Positions 46,893-58,704 are shown, counted from the stretch's first letter. The stretch is 64,000 bases of DNA from Bacteroidales bacterium (GCA_017394445.1 JAFPYT010000071.1:25005-89004), one strand, 5' to 3'. A program made the numbers and translations. The notes: generated by a model not told the origin, from the sequence alone.

Positions 46893-47834
46893 CTATTTAT
46901 AATAAGATGTCTCGCTTATCGACTGACAGGTGAACACCTTTTTAATTACCTCGGCAAAGAGGTTTGCCACGGTGAGAACCTTGATTTTTGGATGCGGTTT
47001 TTTCAAGGGAATGGTGTCGGTAACGTAGAGTTCGGTAAGTTTCGACTCGGAAATGCGGTCGTAAGCAGGACCCGAAAGCACAGGGTGAGTGATAAACGCC
47101 CTAACGCTCAACGCACCTTGACCCATCATCAGGTCGGCAGCCTTAGAAAGTGTGCCGGCTGTGTCGATAATATCGTCGATGATGATAACGTTTTTGCCCT
47201 TAACATCGCCGATAACAGTCATTTCGCTCACCTCGTTGGCTTTTTCGCGATACTTGTGGCAGATAACCATTGGCACTTGGAGAAATTTGCTATAAGTATT
47301 TGCACGTTTGCTGCCGCCTATGTCGGGCGAAGCGATAACGAGGTTTTCGAGTTTTAGCGAGTTGATAAATGGTACAAATATGGTGGACGAGTAGAGGTGG
47401 TCTACCGGCACGTCGAAGAAACCTTGAATTTGGTCGGCGTGGAGGTCCATAGTAATAATTCGGTCAACACCCGCCTTAGTAAGTAGGTTGGCGATGAGTT
47501 TAGCGCCGATTGCCACACGGGGTTTGTCTTTGCGGTCTTGACGCGCAAATCCAAAGTAAGGGATAACGGCTGCAATCTTGTAAGCCGACGCACGACGGGC
47601 GGCGTCGATCATAAGCAAGAGTTCGAGAAGGTTGTCGGCGGGAGTGAATGTAGACTGAACTATAAACACATAATCGCCACGGACAGTCTCGTTGAGGCTC
47701 GGTTGATATTCGCCGTCGGAATAGTGGTTCATTGTTACGTTTCCGAGGGTGGTGCCGTATGCCTTGGCTATTTGCTCCGAAAGGTAGAGCGACGTGGTTC
47801 CCGAAAAGATTTTGATGTTTGAACTTGATACCAT
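46893..47834 (-). CDS. prs: Ribose-phosphate pyrophosphokinase
   Basis: 313 aa, with PYFGFARQDRK, DLHADQIQGFF and VIIIDDIIDTAGTL. Confidence 0.9.
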   Translation of the reverse strand: MVSSSNIKIFSGTTSLYLSEQIAKAYGTTLGNVTMNHYSDGEYQPSLNETVRGDYVFIVQSTFTPADNLLELLLMIDAARRASAYKIAAVIPYFGFARQDRKDKPRVAIGAKLIANLLTKAGVDRIITMDLHADQIQGFFDVPVDHLYSSTIFVPFINSLKLENLVIASPDIGGSKRANTYSKFLQVPMVICHKYREKANEVSEMTVIGDVKGKNVIIIDDIIDTAGTLSKAADLMMGQGALSVRAFITHPVLSGPAYDRISESKLTELYVTDTIPLKKPHPKIKVLTVANLFAEVIKKVFTCQSISETSYYK

Positions 47835-47890
47835 TTTGCTATCTTTTTATATCATAAAGAATGGATTGAATTTCAAATCTTTATATTTTG

Positions 47891-50656
47891 TTATTTAACT
47901 ACAAAGTTTACCATTTTGCCGGGTACGATAATTACCTTTATTACCGATTTACCTTCGATAAGTTGTTTAAAACGATCGTTGGCGCGGACTTCTTTTTCGA
48001 TTTCGTCCTTGTCGGCATTGGCAGGAAGGTCGAGTGTAAAGCGGGTCTTGCCGTTGATTGCCACAGGATAGGTTTTGGTGCTGTCTACTGTGTAACGCTC
48101 GTCTACCTTGGGGAACTCGGCATCCGAAATAGACTCATTGTGTCCAAGAAGTTTCCACAACTCTTCGGCAATGTGCGGGGCAAACGGCGCAAGGGTTATT
48201 ACCAACGGTTCGAGAATTGCGCGTTTGTTGCATTTGAGCGATGTGAGCTCGTTTACGCAAACCATAAACTGACTTACGCTTGTGTTGTAAGAGAATATCT
48301 CAATGTCGCTCTCAACCTTTTTGATGGTTTTGTGGAGTGCTTTGAGTTCTGCTTCAACGGGCTGTGCGTCAGAAACTTCAAAATCACCATTTGCGTTAAA
48401 GAACAATCTCCAGAACTTATTTAAGAAACGATAAACGCCTTCGATACCGCCTGTATCCCACGGCTTAGACTGCTGAATAGGTCCGAGGAACATTTCGTAA
48501 AGTCGCAATGTATCAGCACCGTAACGTTCTACAATAGTGTCGGGATTAACAACGTTAAACATCGACTTGCTCATCTTTTCGATGGCGCTACCGCAGATAT
48601 ATTTGCCGTCTTCAAGCACAAACTGAGCATCGGCAAATTCAGGTCGCCATTGTTTAAACGCTTCTAAATCAAGAATATCGTTTTTCACAATGTTAACATC
48701 AACGTGAATTTCTTGAGTGTCGAAATCGTCTTTTAATCCGTAAGAAACATATTGGTTTGTGCCTTTGATACGGTAAACAAACTTGCTCTGTCCCTGAATC
48801 ATACCTTGGTTAACGAGTTTTTTGAAAGGCTCGTCTTTGCAAACAACACCAAGGTCGAAAAGAAACTTGTTCCAGAAACGTGAATATATAAGGTGTCCCA
48901 CAGCATGTTCGGTGCCTCCGATGTAGAGGTCTACATCTTGCCAATACTCGTTAGACTCTTTCGACACAAGAGCGTTGTTGTTATCGGGGTCCATATACCT
49001 TAAATAATATGCCGACGAACCTGCGAAACCGGGCATTGTGCTTGTTTCGTAGGGATAGCCCTCGGGAGTTTTCCAATTGGCAGCACGGCTCAAAGGAGGT
49101 TCGCCATCTTCGGTGGGCAAGAACGAATCAATTTCGGGTAATTCCAATGGAAGTTTTGTAATATCAAGTGTTTGCACACGGCCATCTTTGTAATAAACGG
49201 GGAAAGGTTCGCCCCAATAACGCTGACGGCTAAAAATTGCATCGCGCAGACGATAGTTGATTTTGCGGTTTCCAATTCCAAGTTTTTCCACCTCATTGAT
49301 AGCGGCTTGTTTGGCTTCAAGCACATTCATGCCGTTAAACATTCCGCTGTTCATCATTATGCCTTCCTTAGCGTCGTACGATTCGGTTGAAACGTCCGCG
49401 CCCTCAATCAAAGGAATTATGGGGAGGTCGAATTTCTTAGCAAAAGCATAGTCGCGGCTGTCGTGAGCAGGCACAGCCATAATAGCTCCCGTACCGTAAC
49501 CAACTAATACATAATCGCTTATCCAAATAGGAATTTGCGAGCCGGTAAAAGGGTTGATGGCGTAAGCACCTGTAAACTGACCTGTAACAGAGTGAGTGTC
49601 GCTCATACGTTCGCGTTCGGTACGTTTTCCGGCATCGGCGCGATATTGCTGAACAGCATCGCGGTATTCTGCAGTTGTAACTTGGTCAACATACTCGCTT
49701 TCAGGAGCTAACACCATAAATGTAACGCCATAAACTGTATCGGGACGAGTAGTGAAAATCTTCATCTTAACTTCGCTATCGGCAATGTCGAAAAACATTT
49801 CACACCCCTCGCTACGACCAATCCAGTTGCGCTGCATCTCTTTGAGCGAATCTGTCCAATCAATGCGGTCGAGACCTTCGAGCAAGCGTTCTGCGTAAGC
49901 CGAAACTCTCAAAAGCCATTGAACCATAGGTTTTTGCACTACGGGATAACCACCACGTACCGAAAGACCCTCTTTCACCTCATCGTTGGCAAGCACTGTT
50001 CCAAGTTTAGGACACCAGTTAACCATAGTTTTGGCACGATATGCAAGGCGGTAAGCATCAATTACTTCTGCCTTTTCGCCATCGCTCAATCCGTTCCAAA
50101 CCTCAGCAGGGAAAACTGGAACTTCGCTGTGAGCAGCGTTAACTTTCTGATTGCCATTACGTTCAAATTCGGCGGTAAGAGTGGCGATAGGCTCAGCCTT
50201 CTGTGTATCGTTGTTGTACCAATGGTGGTACATTTGAAGGAAAGCCCATTGAGTCCATTTATAATATTTAGGATCGCAAGTGCGGAGTTCGCGACTCCAA
50301 TCGTAAGAGAAACCAATTTTTTTCAACTGCGAACGGTAGCGCGAAATATTGTTTTCGGTGGTAACTGCTGGATGTTGACCCGTTTGAATTGCATATTGCT
50401 CGGCAGGAAGGCCAAAAGCGTCGTAGCCCATCGGGTGAAGCACATTAAAACCTTTGAGCCTTTTGTAACGGCTGTAAATATCTGATGCAATGTAACCTAA
50501 GGGGTGTCCTACGTGCAGACCTGCTCCCGAAGGATAAGGGAACATATCAAGTACGTAATACTTAGGACGTTCCGATTTGTTTGAGACGGTAAAAGTACCG
50601 TTCTCGTCCCAATACTTTTGCCAATATGCCTCAATTTCGCGATGATTGTATTCCAT
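47891..50656 (-). CDS. leuS: Leucine--tRNA ligase
   Basis: 921 aa, with [16 protein letters not shown] (HIGH region) and KMSKS ([10 protein letters not shown]). Confidence 0.95.
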   Translation of the reverse strand: MEYNHREIEAYWQKYWDENGTFTVSNKSERPKYYVLDMFPYPSGAGLHVGHPLGYIASDIYSRYKRLKGFNVLHPMGYDAFGLPAEQYAIQTGQHPAVTTENNISRYRSQLKKIGFSYDWSRELRTCDPKYYKWTQWAFLQMYHHWYNNDTQKAEPIATLTAEFERNGNQKVNAAHSEVPVFPAEVWNGLSDGEKAEVIDAYRLAYRAKTMVNWCPKLGTVLANDEVKEGLSVRGGYPVVQKPMVQWLLRVSAYAERLLEGLDRIDWTDSLKEMQRNWIGRSEGCEMFFDIADSEVKMKIFTTRPDTVYGVTFMVLAPESEYVDQVTTAEYRDAVQQYRADAGKRTERERMSDTHSVTGQFTGAYAINPFTGSQIPIWISDYVLVGYGTGAIMAVPAHDSRDYAFAKKFDLPIIPLIEGADVSTESYDAKEGIMMNSGMFNGMNVLEAKQAAINEVEKLGIGNRKINYRLRDAIFSRQRYWGEPFPVYYKDGRVQTLDITKLPLELPEIDSFLPTEDGEPPLSRAANWKTPEGYPYETSTMPGFAGSSAYYLRYMDPDNNNALVSKESNEYWQDVDLYIGGTEHAVGHLIYSRFWNKFLFDLGVVCKDEPFKKLVNQGMIQGQSKFVYRIKGTNQYVSYGLKDDFDTQEIHVDVNIVKNDILDLEAFKQWRPEFADAQFVLEDGKYICGSAIEKMSKSMFNVVNPDTIVERYGADTLRLYEMFLGPIQQSKPWDTGGIEGVYRFLNKFWRLFFNANGDFEVSDAQPVEAELKALHKTIKKVESDIEIFSYNTSVSQFMVCVNELTSLKCNKRAILEPLVITLAPFAPHIAEELWKLLGHNESISDAEFPKVDERYTVDSTKTYPVAINGKTRFTLDLPANADKDEIEKEVRANDRFKQLIEGKSVIKVIIVPGKMVNFVVK

Positions 50657-50700
50657 TGTAGTTTAAAATCTGTTACAACTAATTGATTTGTTAATTTCGG

Positions 50701-50708
50701 CAAAGTTA
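50701..50708 (-). promoter_or_regulatory. Bacteroidota -7 promoter box (TAACTTTG on the minus strand) for leuS
   Basis: The reverse complement of CAAAGTTA lies 45 nt upstream of ATG 50656. Confidence 0.4.
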
Positions 50709-50783
50709 AAAGTTTTTTTTAATAAGTGTAACAAATAGTGTGGATATATTTTTATTAAGATTTGGTTAAGACCAAAAAATAGT

Positions 50784-53441
50784 TTACAACGGCATACCTT
50801 TCTTCTTACGATATACTATCAAAACAACAACAAACGCCCACATCAAAACAGCAAGCAATCTTTTTAAAGAGTTGAAACTTTGCGAGGTTTTGTTCTGATA
50901 TTGTAATTCCACAGTATGTTTTCCAGCAGGAATTTCTGCGCCCGACATACCAAAATCGCATATTTTCAAATCCTTAACTTCGCCATCAAGTGTAAAAGTC
51001 CAGTTGACATCGTATGGAATGGTTAGCACCAGAAATTTATCCTTAGAAACATTCAAGTTGCCCTTTATATTATCCTGTTTAAAATAGGTAATTTCAAGAG
51101 GTTCGCTATTGGCATAATTATACAACGAATCGAACATAGGTGTAGTAAATTGTTCAACAGGTGTAATTACGTTTCGGTCGTTAATATCAAGACGGGTAAA
51201 ATGTGTAGTATCTATCTGTGAATCATCTTCATACACAAACGATGCTAAAAGAGCCTCGTTAGCCATAAAACTATTGATAGATGTGTGATAAATGTTTTGT
51301 GCCAACATCATCCAAGCTACACCGGGAGACGCATCACGAATTGCCATATAAAGGCTGTCGGCATCGGAGTATTCACTGCCTATAAGTTTGCGCAAACGCT
51401 CAACAACATCAAACTTCTGCGCAGGTTGAACGCCCATATAATCGAGTGTGGCGGAAGCGCTTACTACTGAATTATTGTCGATGCGAAACTTTATAAGTTT
51501 CTTAAAATCAGAGGCTTTAATATAACGATCAACTGTAAATCCAAGCGGCAGACATTTATCAATTTTAAAAACGTGTATACCGTTTACTGTGTCGTATGGC
51601 TGACAGATGGGAATATGAGCCATAAGTGTATCTGTTTTAGTAAGATAGTATTTAATGCCAGCAAAAGATAAGCAAAGAGGATCGCGACCAATGCCCGAAA
51701 GCCAACGTGTTTCGGATTCGATATGAGGAGCAATGTGTCCCGTGTTACTCAAGAACTTAACATAATTAGGTTGGTTAAACGAATTGTAATTCTTGGTGCC
51801 AAAATAGCCAATAGCTTTAGCCTCGTTGAGGTTTGAGTGTATCTGACGCGAAGACTTGTAATCTTTTTCCATACGATAAAACTTCGTAGTATCGGTCTGT
51901 TTTAACTTGGCAACTATCTGTTCTGTTCCATCGAAAATGCCGTTGCGGTTAAGGTCAAACTCAATTTTAGATACAGTGTCGCGTCCGTCGAAACTCGAAT
52001 ATGTGATAAACGAAACCTCTATTAAAACAAGCACAACCTGCACAATTTTAAACATTTGCCTATTGGTAGTGTTTGCGCTCCACAACAGCACTGCGGCGTG
52101 AATCACCAAAAATGCGATTGCAAAATATACCACATTTGCTTTGTAAGTGGGGTTATTCACCATCAAATCACTATTGGCTGCTCCGTAAAGTGCTATTACA
52201 CAAACAACAAGCGATCCTGCAAGCACTGGCACATTCACACGTTTGAGGTTTTCTATAAGCGATAAAGACTGCGCCGCCACAAATATCATTGCAAAGGTTA
52301 TAAAAAAGTCGATTCCGTAGCGGTAATAGTCGCCGGCATAGAGCACGATGGCACGGCGAAGGGGCGGAAAAATCAGTACAGCAGCCCAAAACGCTATAAA
52401 ACAGCCGTATGCAATTTGTTTGCGGCGATTGAGATATTGAAAAATCTGCGGCAAAAGCAGCAAAGTAATTAAGCCAGAATAAATTGCGGGTGCTTCAAGA
52501 AAATTGTTCCACTCGCCCATTGAAAAATCACAACCGGGAATATCATTAGCAAAAAGCCTGAGAATGGTGGTGATACCCATAGTTTTTTCAACCAAAAGGT
52601 TTGACGGAGCTGTGGTTTCAAAGCCCACTCCGCCCGCATACCTTGGGGTGTTGAGACTAACTATCAAGCTGTTGATTAAATCGGGCAACGCCACAGCCAT
52701 TCCCAACAAGCCAAGCACAAATATCCAAAGACAGGTGCGGAATATTGTCTTAAAGTTTGCCTTCATTACCACAAACCTCATTATCATATAGATAGCCAAA
52801 AATAGCGATGCCAAATACAAGAAGTATGGCGAACCTGCAAACTGAAGTACTGCAAAGGGGAAGAAATATGGTCGGCGTTTTACCAAAAGTTGCTCAAAGG
52901 CAAACAGATAGAATGCCATACTGAATCCAAAAGATTCGATACGCCAAATAGAAAGCACCACTATGCTTCCCGAAAATGCCATCAAAAGCGAACCAATTGT
53001 AGAGGCGTATTTACTTACATTTAAAGTTCTGAGCCACAAGAATGTAAACAACGCAGTACCCAAAAACGAAGTAAAAAACTGATAGTAGAAATTCTCTACC
53101 GAACTTGCTCCTGCGTCAACAGGCAAAAAAAGATACACAAACTGCCTTACCCAACCAAGCACATACGAAATAGGCTCAACGTTAAAAGATCCGCTGCCTA
53201 AACCGTCGCCCATACCAGCAGTAAACGAATATGCGGTGGAGATTCCTTCATTAGCATAACGCTCTGACTGAATGGCTCCTACCATCTGCAAACAGCACGA
53301 ATCATCTGCCAATCCAGTAAAATAATAAAGGTATTCGCCAGAGAAAAAGCCATACATCGACAACAATCCCGCCAATACCACCAAAAAAATCACCGCTATT
53401 ATAGGGTGCTTTACTATAAAATTTTTTATATTTGCTATCAC
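50784..53441 (-). CDS. YfhO-family polytopic membrane protein (putative glycosyltransferase)
   Basis: 885 aa, with ~13 N-terminal TM helices, a large extracytoplasmic C-terminal domain and a terminal TM helix. This matches the YfhO layout. Confidence 0.7.
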   Translation of the reverse strand: MIANIKNFIVKHPIIAVIFLVVLAGLLSMYGFFSGEYLYYFTGLADDSCCLQMVGAIQSERYANEGISTAYSFTAGMGDGLGSGSFNVEPISYVLGWVRQFVYLFLPVDAGASSVENFYYQFFTSFLGTALFTFLWLRTLNVSKYASTIGSLLMAFSGSIVVLSIWRIESFGFSMAFYLFAFEQLLVKRRPYFFPFAVLQFAGSPYFLYLASLFLAIYMIMRFVVMKANFKTIFRTCLWIFVLGLLGMAVALPDLINSLIVSLNTPRYAGGVGFETTAPSNLLVEKTMGITTILRLFANDIPGCDFSMGEWNNFLEAPAIYSGLITLLLLPQIFQYLNRRKQIAYGCFIAFWAAVLIFPPLRRAIVLYAGDYYRYGIDFFITFAMIFVAAQSLSLIENLKRVNVPVLAGSLVVCVIALYGAANSDLMVNNPTYKANVVYFAIAFLVIHAAVLLWSANTTNRQMFKIVQVVLVLIEVSFITYSSFDGRDTVSKIEFDLNRNGIFDGTEQIVAKLKQTDTTKFYRMEKDYKSSRQIHSNLNEAKAIGYFGTKNYNSFNQPNYVKFLSNTGHIAPHIESETRWLSGIGRDPLCLSFAGIKYYLTKTDTLMAHIPICQPYDTVNGIHVFKIDKCLPLGFTVDRYIKASDFKKLIKFRIDNNSVVSASATLDYMGVQPAQKFDVVERLRKLIGSEYSDADSLYMAIRDASPGVAWMMLAQNIYHTSINSFMANEALLASFVYEDDSQIDTTHFTRLDINDRNVITPVEQFTTPMFDSLYNYANSEPLEITYFKQDNIKGNLNVSKDKFLVLTIPYDVNWTFTLDGEVKDLKICDFGMSGAEIPAGKHTVELQYQNKTSQSFNSLKRLLAVLMWAFVVVLIVYRKKKGMPL

Positions 53442-53508
53442 AATTATGCTTGGTTTGAGTTATACAAATTGAGCACGTAAAATTACAAAATTTTTTTAGA
53501 ACAAAAAA

Positions 53509-54654
53509 ATGGAACCTATTCCTTACAACAAGCCGTTTCTTTGCGGCAACGAAATAAAATATATCCGCGAGGCTGTAAAAAGCGGCAAAATATCGGGCAA
53601 CGGTGCTTTTACCCAAAAATGCCAACGTTTTTTTGAAGACAAGTACGGTTTTGGCAAGTGTTTGATGACATCAAGTTGCACCGACGCGCTCGAAATGGCA
53701 GCGATACTCTCTGGCGTGGGCGAAGGCGACGAGGTGATAATGCCCTCATACACATTTGTTTCCACGGCGTTGGCGTTTGCCCGTCAAAATGCCACAATTG
53801 TTTTTGCCGACAGTCGCGATGATAATCCCAATATAGATGAAAATCAGATAGAATCGCTAATTACACCGCGCACAAAGGTGATTGTGGCTGTGCATTACGC
53901 CGGATTTTGCTGCAATATGGACAAGATTTGCGAAATTGCCCGCCATCGCAACCTTATTTTAATAGAAGACGCCGCGCAAGCATTTGATTCTTACTACAAT
54001 GAACGTCCGGCGGGCAGTTTCGGCGCAATGGCAACTTTCTCGTTTCACGAAACCAAAAACATTATTTCGGGCGAGGGCGGAATGTTGGCTATCAACGACC
54101 CGAAACTATTTTCGCGTGCCGAGATTATTTGGGAAAAGGGAACTAACCGTGCCGATTTTTCGCGTGGCAAAGTAAGTAAGTATCAATGGGTTGATATTGG
54201 TAGTTCGTTTCTACCATCGGAATTGATTTCAGCGTTTCTTTATGCCCAAATCGAAAAATCAGGTCAAATTCAGTTGAAACGCCTCAAACTTTGGAATCTA
54301 TATTACAAACTTCTTAAACCTTTGGAAGACAAGGGCTATATTTCGCTACCTCACCATTCGTCGGAATCGTCGGGCAACGGACACATATTTTATATAGTGT
54401 GCAAAAACGCCAAACAGCGCAAAAAGATAGCCGATTATCTCGGTGAAAAACAGATTCTTGCCGTAACGCACTACTTGGGATTACACAAAAGTCCGTATTT
54501 TAAAGAGCGTTACACCGGCGCACCACTCCGCAACTGCGACAGATACGAGGACACTCTGCTGAGGCTTCCGCTTTATTACGAAATGCGTTTAGAGGATGTA
54601 AAATATGTTTGCAGCACTTTGGGAGATATACTCGACTACCTGAATGTGAAATAG
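53509..54654 (+). CDS. wecE: DegT/DnrJ/EryC1-family aminotransferase, WecE (TDP-4-keto-6-deoxyglucose transaminase)-like
   Basis: The N-terminus PYNKPFLCGNEIKYIREAVKSGKISGNGAFTQKCQRFFEDKYG...LMTSSCTDALEMAAIL is collinear with E. coli WecE as I remember it. It also contains FHETKNIISGEGG. Confidence 0.75.
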   Translation: MEPIPYNKPFLCGNEIKYIREAVKSGKISGNGAFTQKCQRFFEDKYGFGKCLMTSSCTDALEMAAILSGVGEGDEVIMPSYTFVSTALAFARQNATIVFADSRDDNPNIDENQIESLITPRTKVIVAVHYAGFCCNMDKICEIARHRNLILIEDAAQAFDSYYNERPAGSFGAMATFSFHETKNIISGEGGMLAINDPKLFSRAEIIWEKGTNRADFSRGKVSKYQWVDIGSSFLPSELISAFLYAQIEKSGQIQLKRLKLWNLYYKLLKPLEDKGYISLPHHSSESSGNGHIFYIVCKNAKQRKKIADYLGEKQILAVTHYLGLHKSPYFKERYTGAPLRNCDRYEDTLLRLPLYYEMRLEDVKYVCSTLGDILDYLNVK

Positions 54655-54660
54655 AGTATC

Positions 54661-57564
54661 CTACAATCCATCAACCATAACAAACGCTGCCCAATTTTGT
54701 GGTTCGGGATAGCGTTGACGAGTGATGTTTTGTGCCGAAACAAAGGCGGCACGTTTGGATTGTCCGGCGGTAAGGTTTTTGAAAAACTCGGTCATAAGCA
54801 GCTGCGTGGCTGAGTCAGAAACATCCCAAAGACTCATCACAATGGTTTGCGCACCAGCTTTTTTAAATCCACGTTGAAGTCCAAAAACTCCTTCGCCTGT
54901 GATTTCGCCAAGTCCCGACTTGCAAGCCGATAGCACCACCAAATCAAGTCCTCGGAAATCAAGACGTGATATTTCGCGAGCAGTAAGTATACCGTCGTCA
55001 AAGCCTTCGGGTATAATGCTGTTTTTCAACGGGTCGAGAGCTGTATTTGCTCCGGCAAAGAGTAATCCGCTGTAAGTGAGCGAACGGTCTTCGCTGCTCT
55101 GAGTTGCCATCAACGACGAAGGCATCAAATCTGCCACAAAATCAGACTTATAGAAACCGTGCGTGCCAATGTGAAGTATCTTTAATCTACTGCCTGATAG
55201 TTTTTTGAAACTATCTTCAGTGGCGGTGCGACCCGATTGCTCGCTAACAGTGTAGTTGGCATTGCGTAAATATTTGGCAATGGTTTCTGATTCTATTTTT
55301 GAGCCACGTAGAAATCCTGCCACAGCACCTCGAAGAGTATCGCGACTATCGATAAGATTTAGCCAATCTTCGTTAGAAAAATCGTATTCAATTCCACCGT
55401 ATGTGGCAGCCTTGCGGTCGGGGTTAATTTGCTGTTCGATAGCGATTTCGCGCGTTGACGATAGACGGTAGGCATCGTATTGTTCGGCAAAAATGGTTCC
55501 TTTTTCGGTGCGAAGATATTCGATAGCGATATTGTGAAAACGTCCTGCAGGCGAAAAATAAACGTTTTTTACACCTTGAAGATATTTTTCCAATGGTTTC
55601 CACACAAGGTTGTAAAGTTTGGAAGTGGTGTAATATTCTGATTTTTTTACGTTCCACATATCCGATTGTTTAAAAAGCGTTACCACTTGGGGAGTGTCCA
55701 TACCTTTTTTAAGCACAAAAGCCATAAAGATACGCTCTTTGTTAGCGTCTTTACATTCGGCAAATTCTATGGCTAAATCGTTATTCTTCAAGTGTTTTTG
55801 TATTTCTCTATAATCAATCGAAAGGTTGTGAGTATAGTTACCCAAATTACTCGACGACAGCACCAGAGCTCTTTCTTCAGCTTCGATTGCATTGGCAAGC
55901 GAATCGGCATTCATTGTGCGTTCAAGTATATTGGTTTTCAGAAGGTTGTCGAGCAAGCCACGATTTTGACGTATCTTATAATAACGTCTCAAAAGTGTGC
56001 TGTCGGTGCTCTGTTGCAATATTTTTTGAATTTCGAGTTCGGTATTTAGCAGCAAACCTTTGGAAAAAACTTGCGAATTGTAAGCTAAAACCGCCGCCTC
56101 CCCTCCCATCGAGAGCGAATCAGCCAATGGCGATAGTTTATAAACAGCGTAAGGAAGGTCGAGCACAAAAAATTCGGCATATTTATTCCAAAAATCTGTA
56201 CGCTCTTTATAGGTCATCAACAGAAAGTTTTTGAGTATAAACGCTTTAATGCGATCGTAAGCCTCGCTGTAATAATCTGCCGATTTGGCATAATTACCCG
56301 CATAAAGATTGATTTGAGCCAATTTGCTGAGCGATATGGCATAATCGGGATGGTTTTCGCCCCAAACGTTCTTTCTGATTTGCAGCGACTTATGCTCAAG
56401 GTCAATAGCCTCAGGATATTGTTTAAGTTTGTAATTATATTCGGCAAGATTGCCCAACACAGCAGCGTAATTGGCGTGCTGCTCGCCATAAATATTTTTT
56501 TCAATAGAAGATGCGCGGGTGGCAAGTCGAATAGCGTATTTATAATTGCCTGCCTGCGCATAATATGATGAAAGGTTGATTAACGCACCCGAATAGTCGG
56601 GATGGTTGTCGCCAAAATTGTTTTCAAAAATTTGCAACGCCTTAAGTCCCAATTGAATAGCCTCGGCAGTGTCGCCAAGTACGCATTTAAAACCAGCAAG
56701 AGTTTTTAAAGATATGGCATAATGCGGATGCTGTTCGCCCAAAATAGTTTTGCGAAGTTGCGTGGCGCGGGTTTCGAGTTTTACAGCCTCGCGATAGTTG
56801 CCTATGGTGTAATAATATCCCGCAAGATTGTGTAGCGAAAGCGCATAATCGGGATGAGTTTCACCCAAAACCTTGCCTATCGACTCCAAAGCAAATTTTT
56901 CAAGTCTGATTGCCTCGGTGTAATTACCTGAATATAAATTATAATAGGCAAGATTTTCTAAATAATAAAAGTAGTAAGGATGGTCGTCGCCCAAGATATT
57001 TTTAGCCGCTTCGATAGCTGATGTTACCAATTTTATCGCGTCGTCATGGTTACCCAATGCAAAATAATACGAAGCAAGGTTTCCCAACGCCATTACATAA
57101 TTGTCGCCACGATAGTTGAGCCGTTGGCGCACCTCTAATGTGTATGCCTGAATGTCGGCGGCAGAGATAAATTTGCCAAGTTCGCATAAAAACAAGGCGC
57201 AGTTTTCCATCGCGCTCAAATACTCTTCGTGCTCGGCACCGTAAACTGTTTTGCAAAGTTGCGCGGCATATTCGCCTACACGGAGGGCTTCGGAATAATT
57301 GCCGTTATAATAATGATACTCTGCAAGTTTGCCTACCGATTTGGCATATAGCGGACTTTTTTCGCCCGCACCTTGTTTATAAAGATCAGATGCCAACGTT
57401 CCAAGCCTTACCGCTTCGGGATAGTTAACAGTATCTATATTATAATCAGCAAGTTTCTCATAATTCGATGCTTCTGCTAAAAGCGCTTTGCGTTGTTTTT
57501 TAGATGTTTGTGCCGACACTGCAAACGGCAATATCAGCAGCATTATCACAATTATTTGCTTCAT
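54661..57564 (-). CDS. Secreted TPR-repeat + CHAT (caspase-like) domain protein
   Basis: The signal peptide MKQIIVIMLLILPFAVSAQ starts at ATG 57564. About 9 TPR units follow (...YSGNYTEAIRL..., ...TIGNYREAVKL...). The C-terminal CHAT region reads LHIGTHGFY...LVVLSACKSGLGEITGEGVFGLQRGF. Confidence 0.8.
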   Translation of the reverse strand: MKQIIVIMLLILPFAVSAQTSKKQRKALLAEASNYEKLADYNIDTVNYPEAVRLGTLASDLYKQGAGEKSPLYAKSVGKLAEYHYYNGNYSEALRVGEYAAQLCKTVYGAEHEEYLSAMENCALFLCELGKFISAADIQAYTLEVRQRLNYRGDNYVMALGNLASYYFALGNHDDAIKLVTSAIEAAKNILGDDHPYYFYYLENLAYYNLYSGNYTEAIRLEKFALESIGKVLGETHPDYALSLHNLAGYYYTIGNYREAVKLETRATQLRKTILGEQHPHYAISLKTLAGFKCVLGDTAEAIQLGLKALQIFENNFGDNHPDYSGALINLSSYYAQAGNYKYAIRLATRASSIEKNIYGEQHANYAAVLGNLAEYNYKLKQYPEAIDLEHKSLQIRKNVWGENHPDYAISLSKLAQINLYAGNYAKSADYYSEAYDRIKAFILKNFLLMTYKERTDFWNKYAEFFVLDLPYAVYKLSPLADSLSMGGEAAVLAYNSQVFSKGLLLNTELEIQKILQQSTDSTLLRRYYKIRQNRGLLDNLLKTNILERTMNADSLANAIEAEERALVLSSSNLGNYTHNLSIDYREIQKHLKNNDLAIEFAECKDANKERIFMAFVLKKGMDTPQVVTLFKQSDMWNVKKSEYYTTSKLYNLVWKPLEKYLQGVKNVYFSPAGRFHNIAIEYLRTEKGTIFAEQYDAYRLSSTREIAIEQQINPDRKAATYGGIEYDFSNEDWLNLIDSRDTLRGAVAGFLRGSKIESETIAKYLRNANYTVSEQSGRTATEDSFKKLSGSRLKILHIGTHGFYKSDFVADLMPSSLMATQSSEDRSLTYSGLLFAGANTALDPLKNSIIPEGFDDGILTAREISRLDFRGLDLVVLSACKSGLGEITGEGVFGLQRGFKKAGAQTIVMSLWDVSDSATQLLMTEFFKNLTAGQSKRAAFVSAQNITRQRYPEPQNWAAFVMVDGL

Positions 57565-57666
57565 TGGCGATGTATAGTAAAACGACAAAAACACTTAGTT
57601 AATTACTTATATTACAAAATGTAACAAATAGTCAATTAACTAAGTGCTTTAAATAGAGAAATGGTA

Positions 57667-58704
57667 TTATATCAGCGGTATATTAGCCTGTTTGCACTCT
57701 TGGCGCATTTCGTCGCTCCAAAGCGATGATTGGATTTCGCCGATGTGAGCCTTTTTGAGGAAAAACATACAAAGACGACTCTGTCCGATGCCGCCACCGA
57801 TTGATTCGGGCAATGTGCCGTCCAATAGGCGTTTGTGGAAATAGAGATCTTTGCGCTCGTTTTTGCCTTCGATTTCAAGTTGGCGCAAAAGTGCCTCTTT
57901 GTCAACGCGTACACCCATCGACGAAAGTTCAAACGAACGACCGAGAATATCGTTCCAAACAAGGATGTCGCCGTTTAAACCCTTGAAACCGTCGGAGTTA
58001 GGAGTGCTCCAATCGTCGTAGTCGGGAGCGCGGCCATCGTGTTTTTCGCCGTCGGAGAGTTTGCCGCCAATGCCCATAATAAACACAGCCTTGTGTTCGC
58101 GGCAGATGGCGTCTTCGCGCTCGTGAGGTGTAAGGTTGGGGTATTTTTTGCACAATTCCTCGGCGCTTACAAAGAAAATATCTTCGGGCAGCGAGGGTTT
58201 AATCTGCGGAAACATCTCGTACACAACGTATTCGGTTTTTATCATTACAGAATAGATGCGTTTAACGATGTTTTTTAGAAAATCTATGTTACGGTCTTTG
58301 GGTTCGATATGGCGTTCCCAATCCCATTGGTCTACATAGAGCGAATGGAGGTTGTCGAGTTCCTCATCGGGACGGATGGCGTTCATATCGGTGTAGATTC
58401 CGTAGCCGCTCTCGATATTATAGTCGGCGAGGGTCAGGCGTTTCCACTTGGCAAGCGAATGAACCACTTCGGCTTTTTGGTCGCCAAAATCCTTGATAGG
58501 GAACGTTACAGGACGCTCCACGCCGTTGAGGTCGTCGTTGATGCCGGTTCCCTTCAACACAAACAGGGGCGCGGTAACACGGCGAAGTTTAAGTTCTGCC
58601 GAAAGGCTGCTCTCAAAAAAATCCTTGATTCTCTTGATACCCAACTCGGTTTGTTTCAAATCGAGAATGGGTTTGTAATGTTCGGGTTTGATAAGTTTTC
58701 CCAT
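57667..58704 (-). CDS. asnA: Aspartate--ammonia ligase (asparagine synthetase A)
   Basis: 345 aa, with LKQTELGIKRIKDFFE, RVTAPLFV, DQWDWER and GGGIGQSRLCMF. Confidence 0.9.
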   Translation of the reverse strand: MGKLIKPEHYKPILDLKQTELGIKRIKDFFESSLSAELKLRRVTAPLFVLKGTGINDDLNGVERPVTFPIKDFGDQKAEVVHSLAKWKRLTLADYNIESGYGIYTDMNAIRPDEELDNLHSLYVDQWDWERHIEPKDRNIDFLKNIVKRIYSVMIKTEYVVYEMFPQIKPSLPEDIFFVSAEELCKKYPNLTPHEREDAICREHKAVFIMGIGGKLSDGEKHDGRAPDYDDWSTPNSDGFKGLNGDILVWNDILGRSFELSSMGVRVDKEALLRQLEIEGKNERKDLYFHKRLLDGTLPESIGGGIGQSRLCMFFLKKAHIGEIQSSLWSDEMRQECKQANIPLI

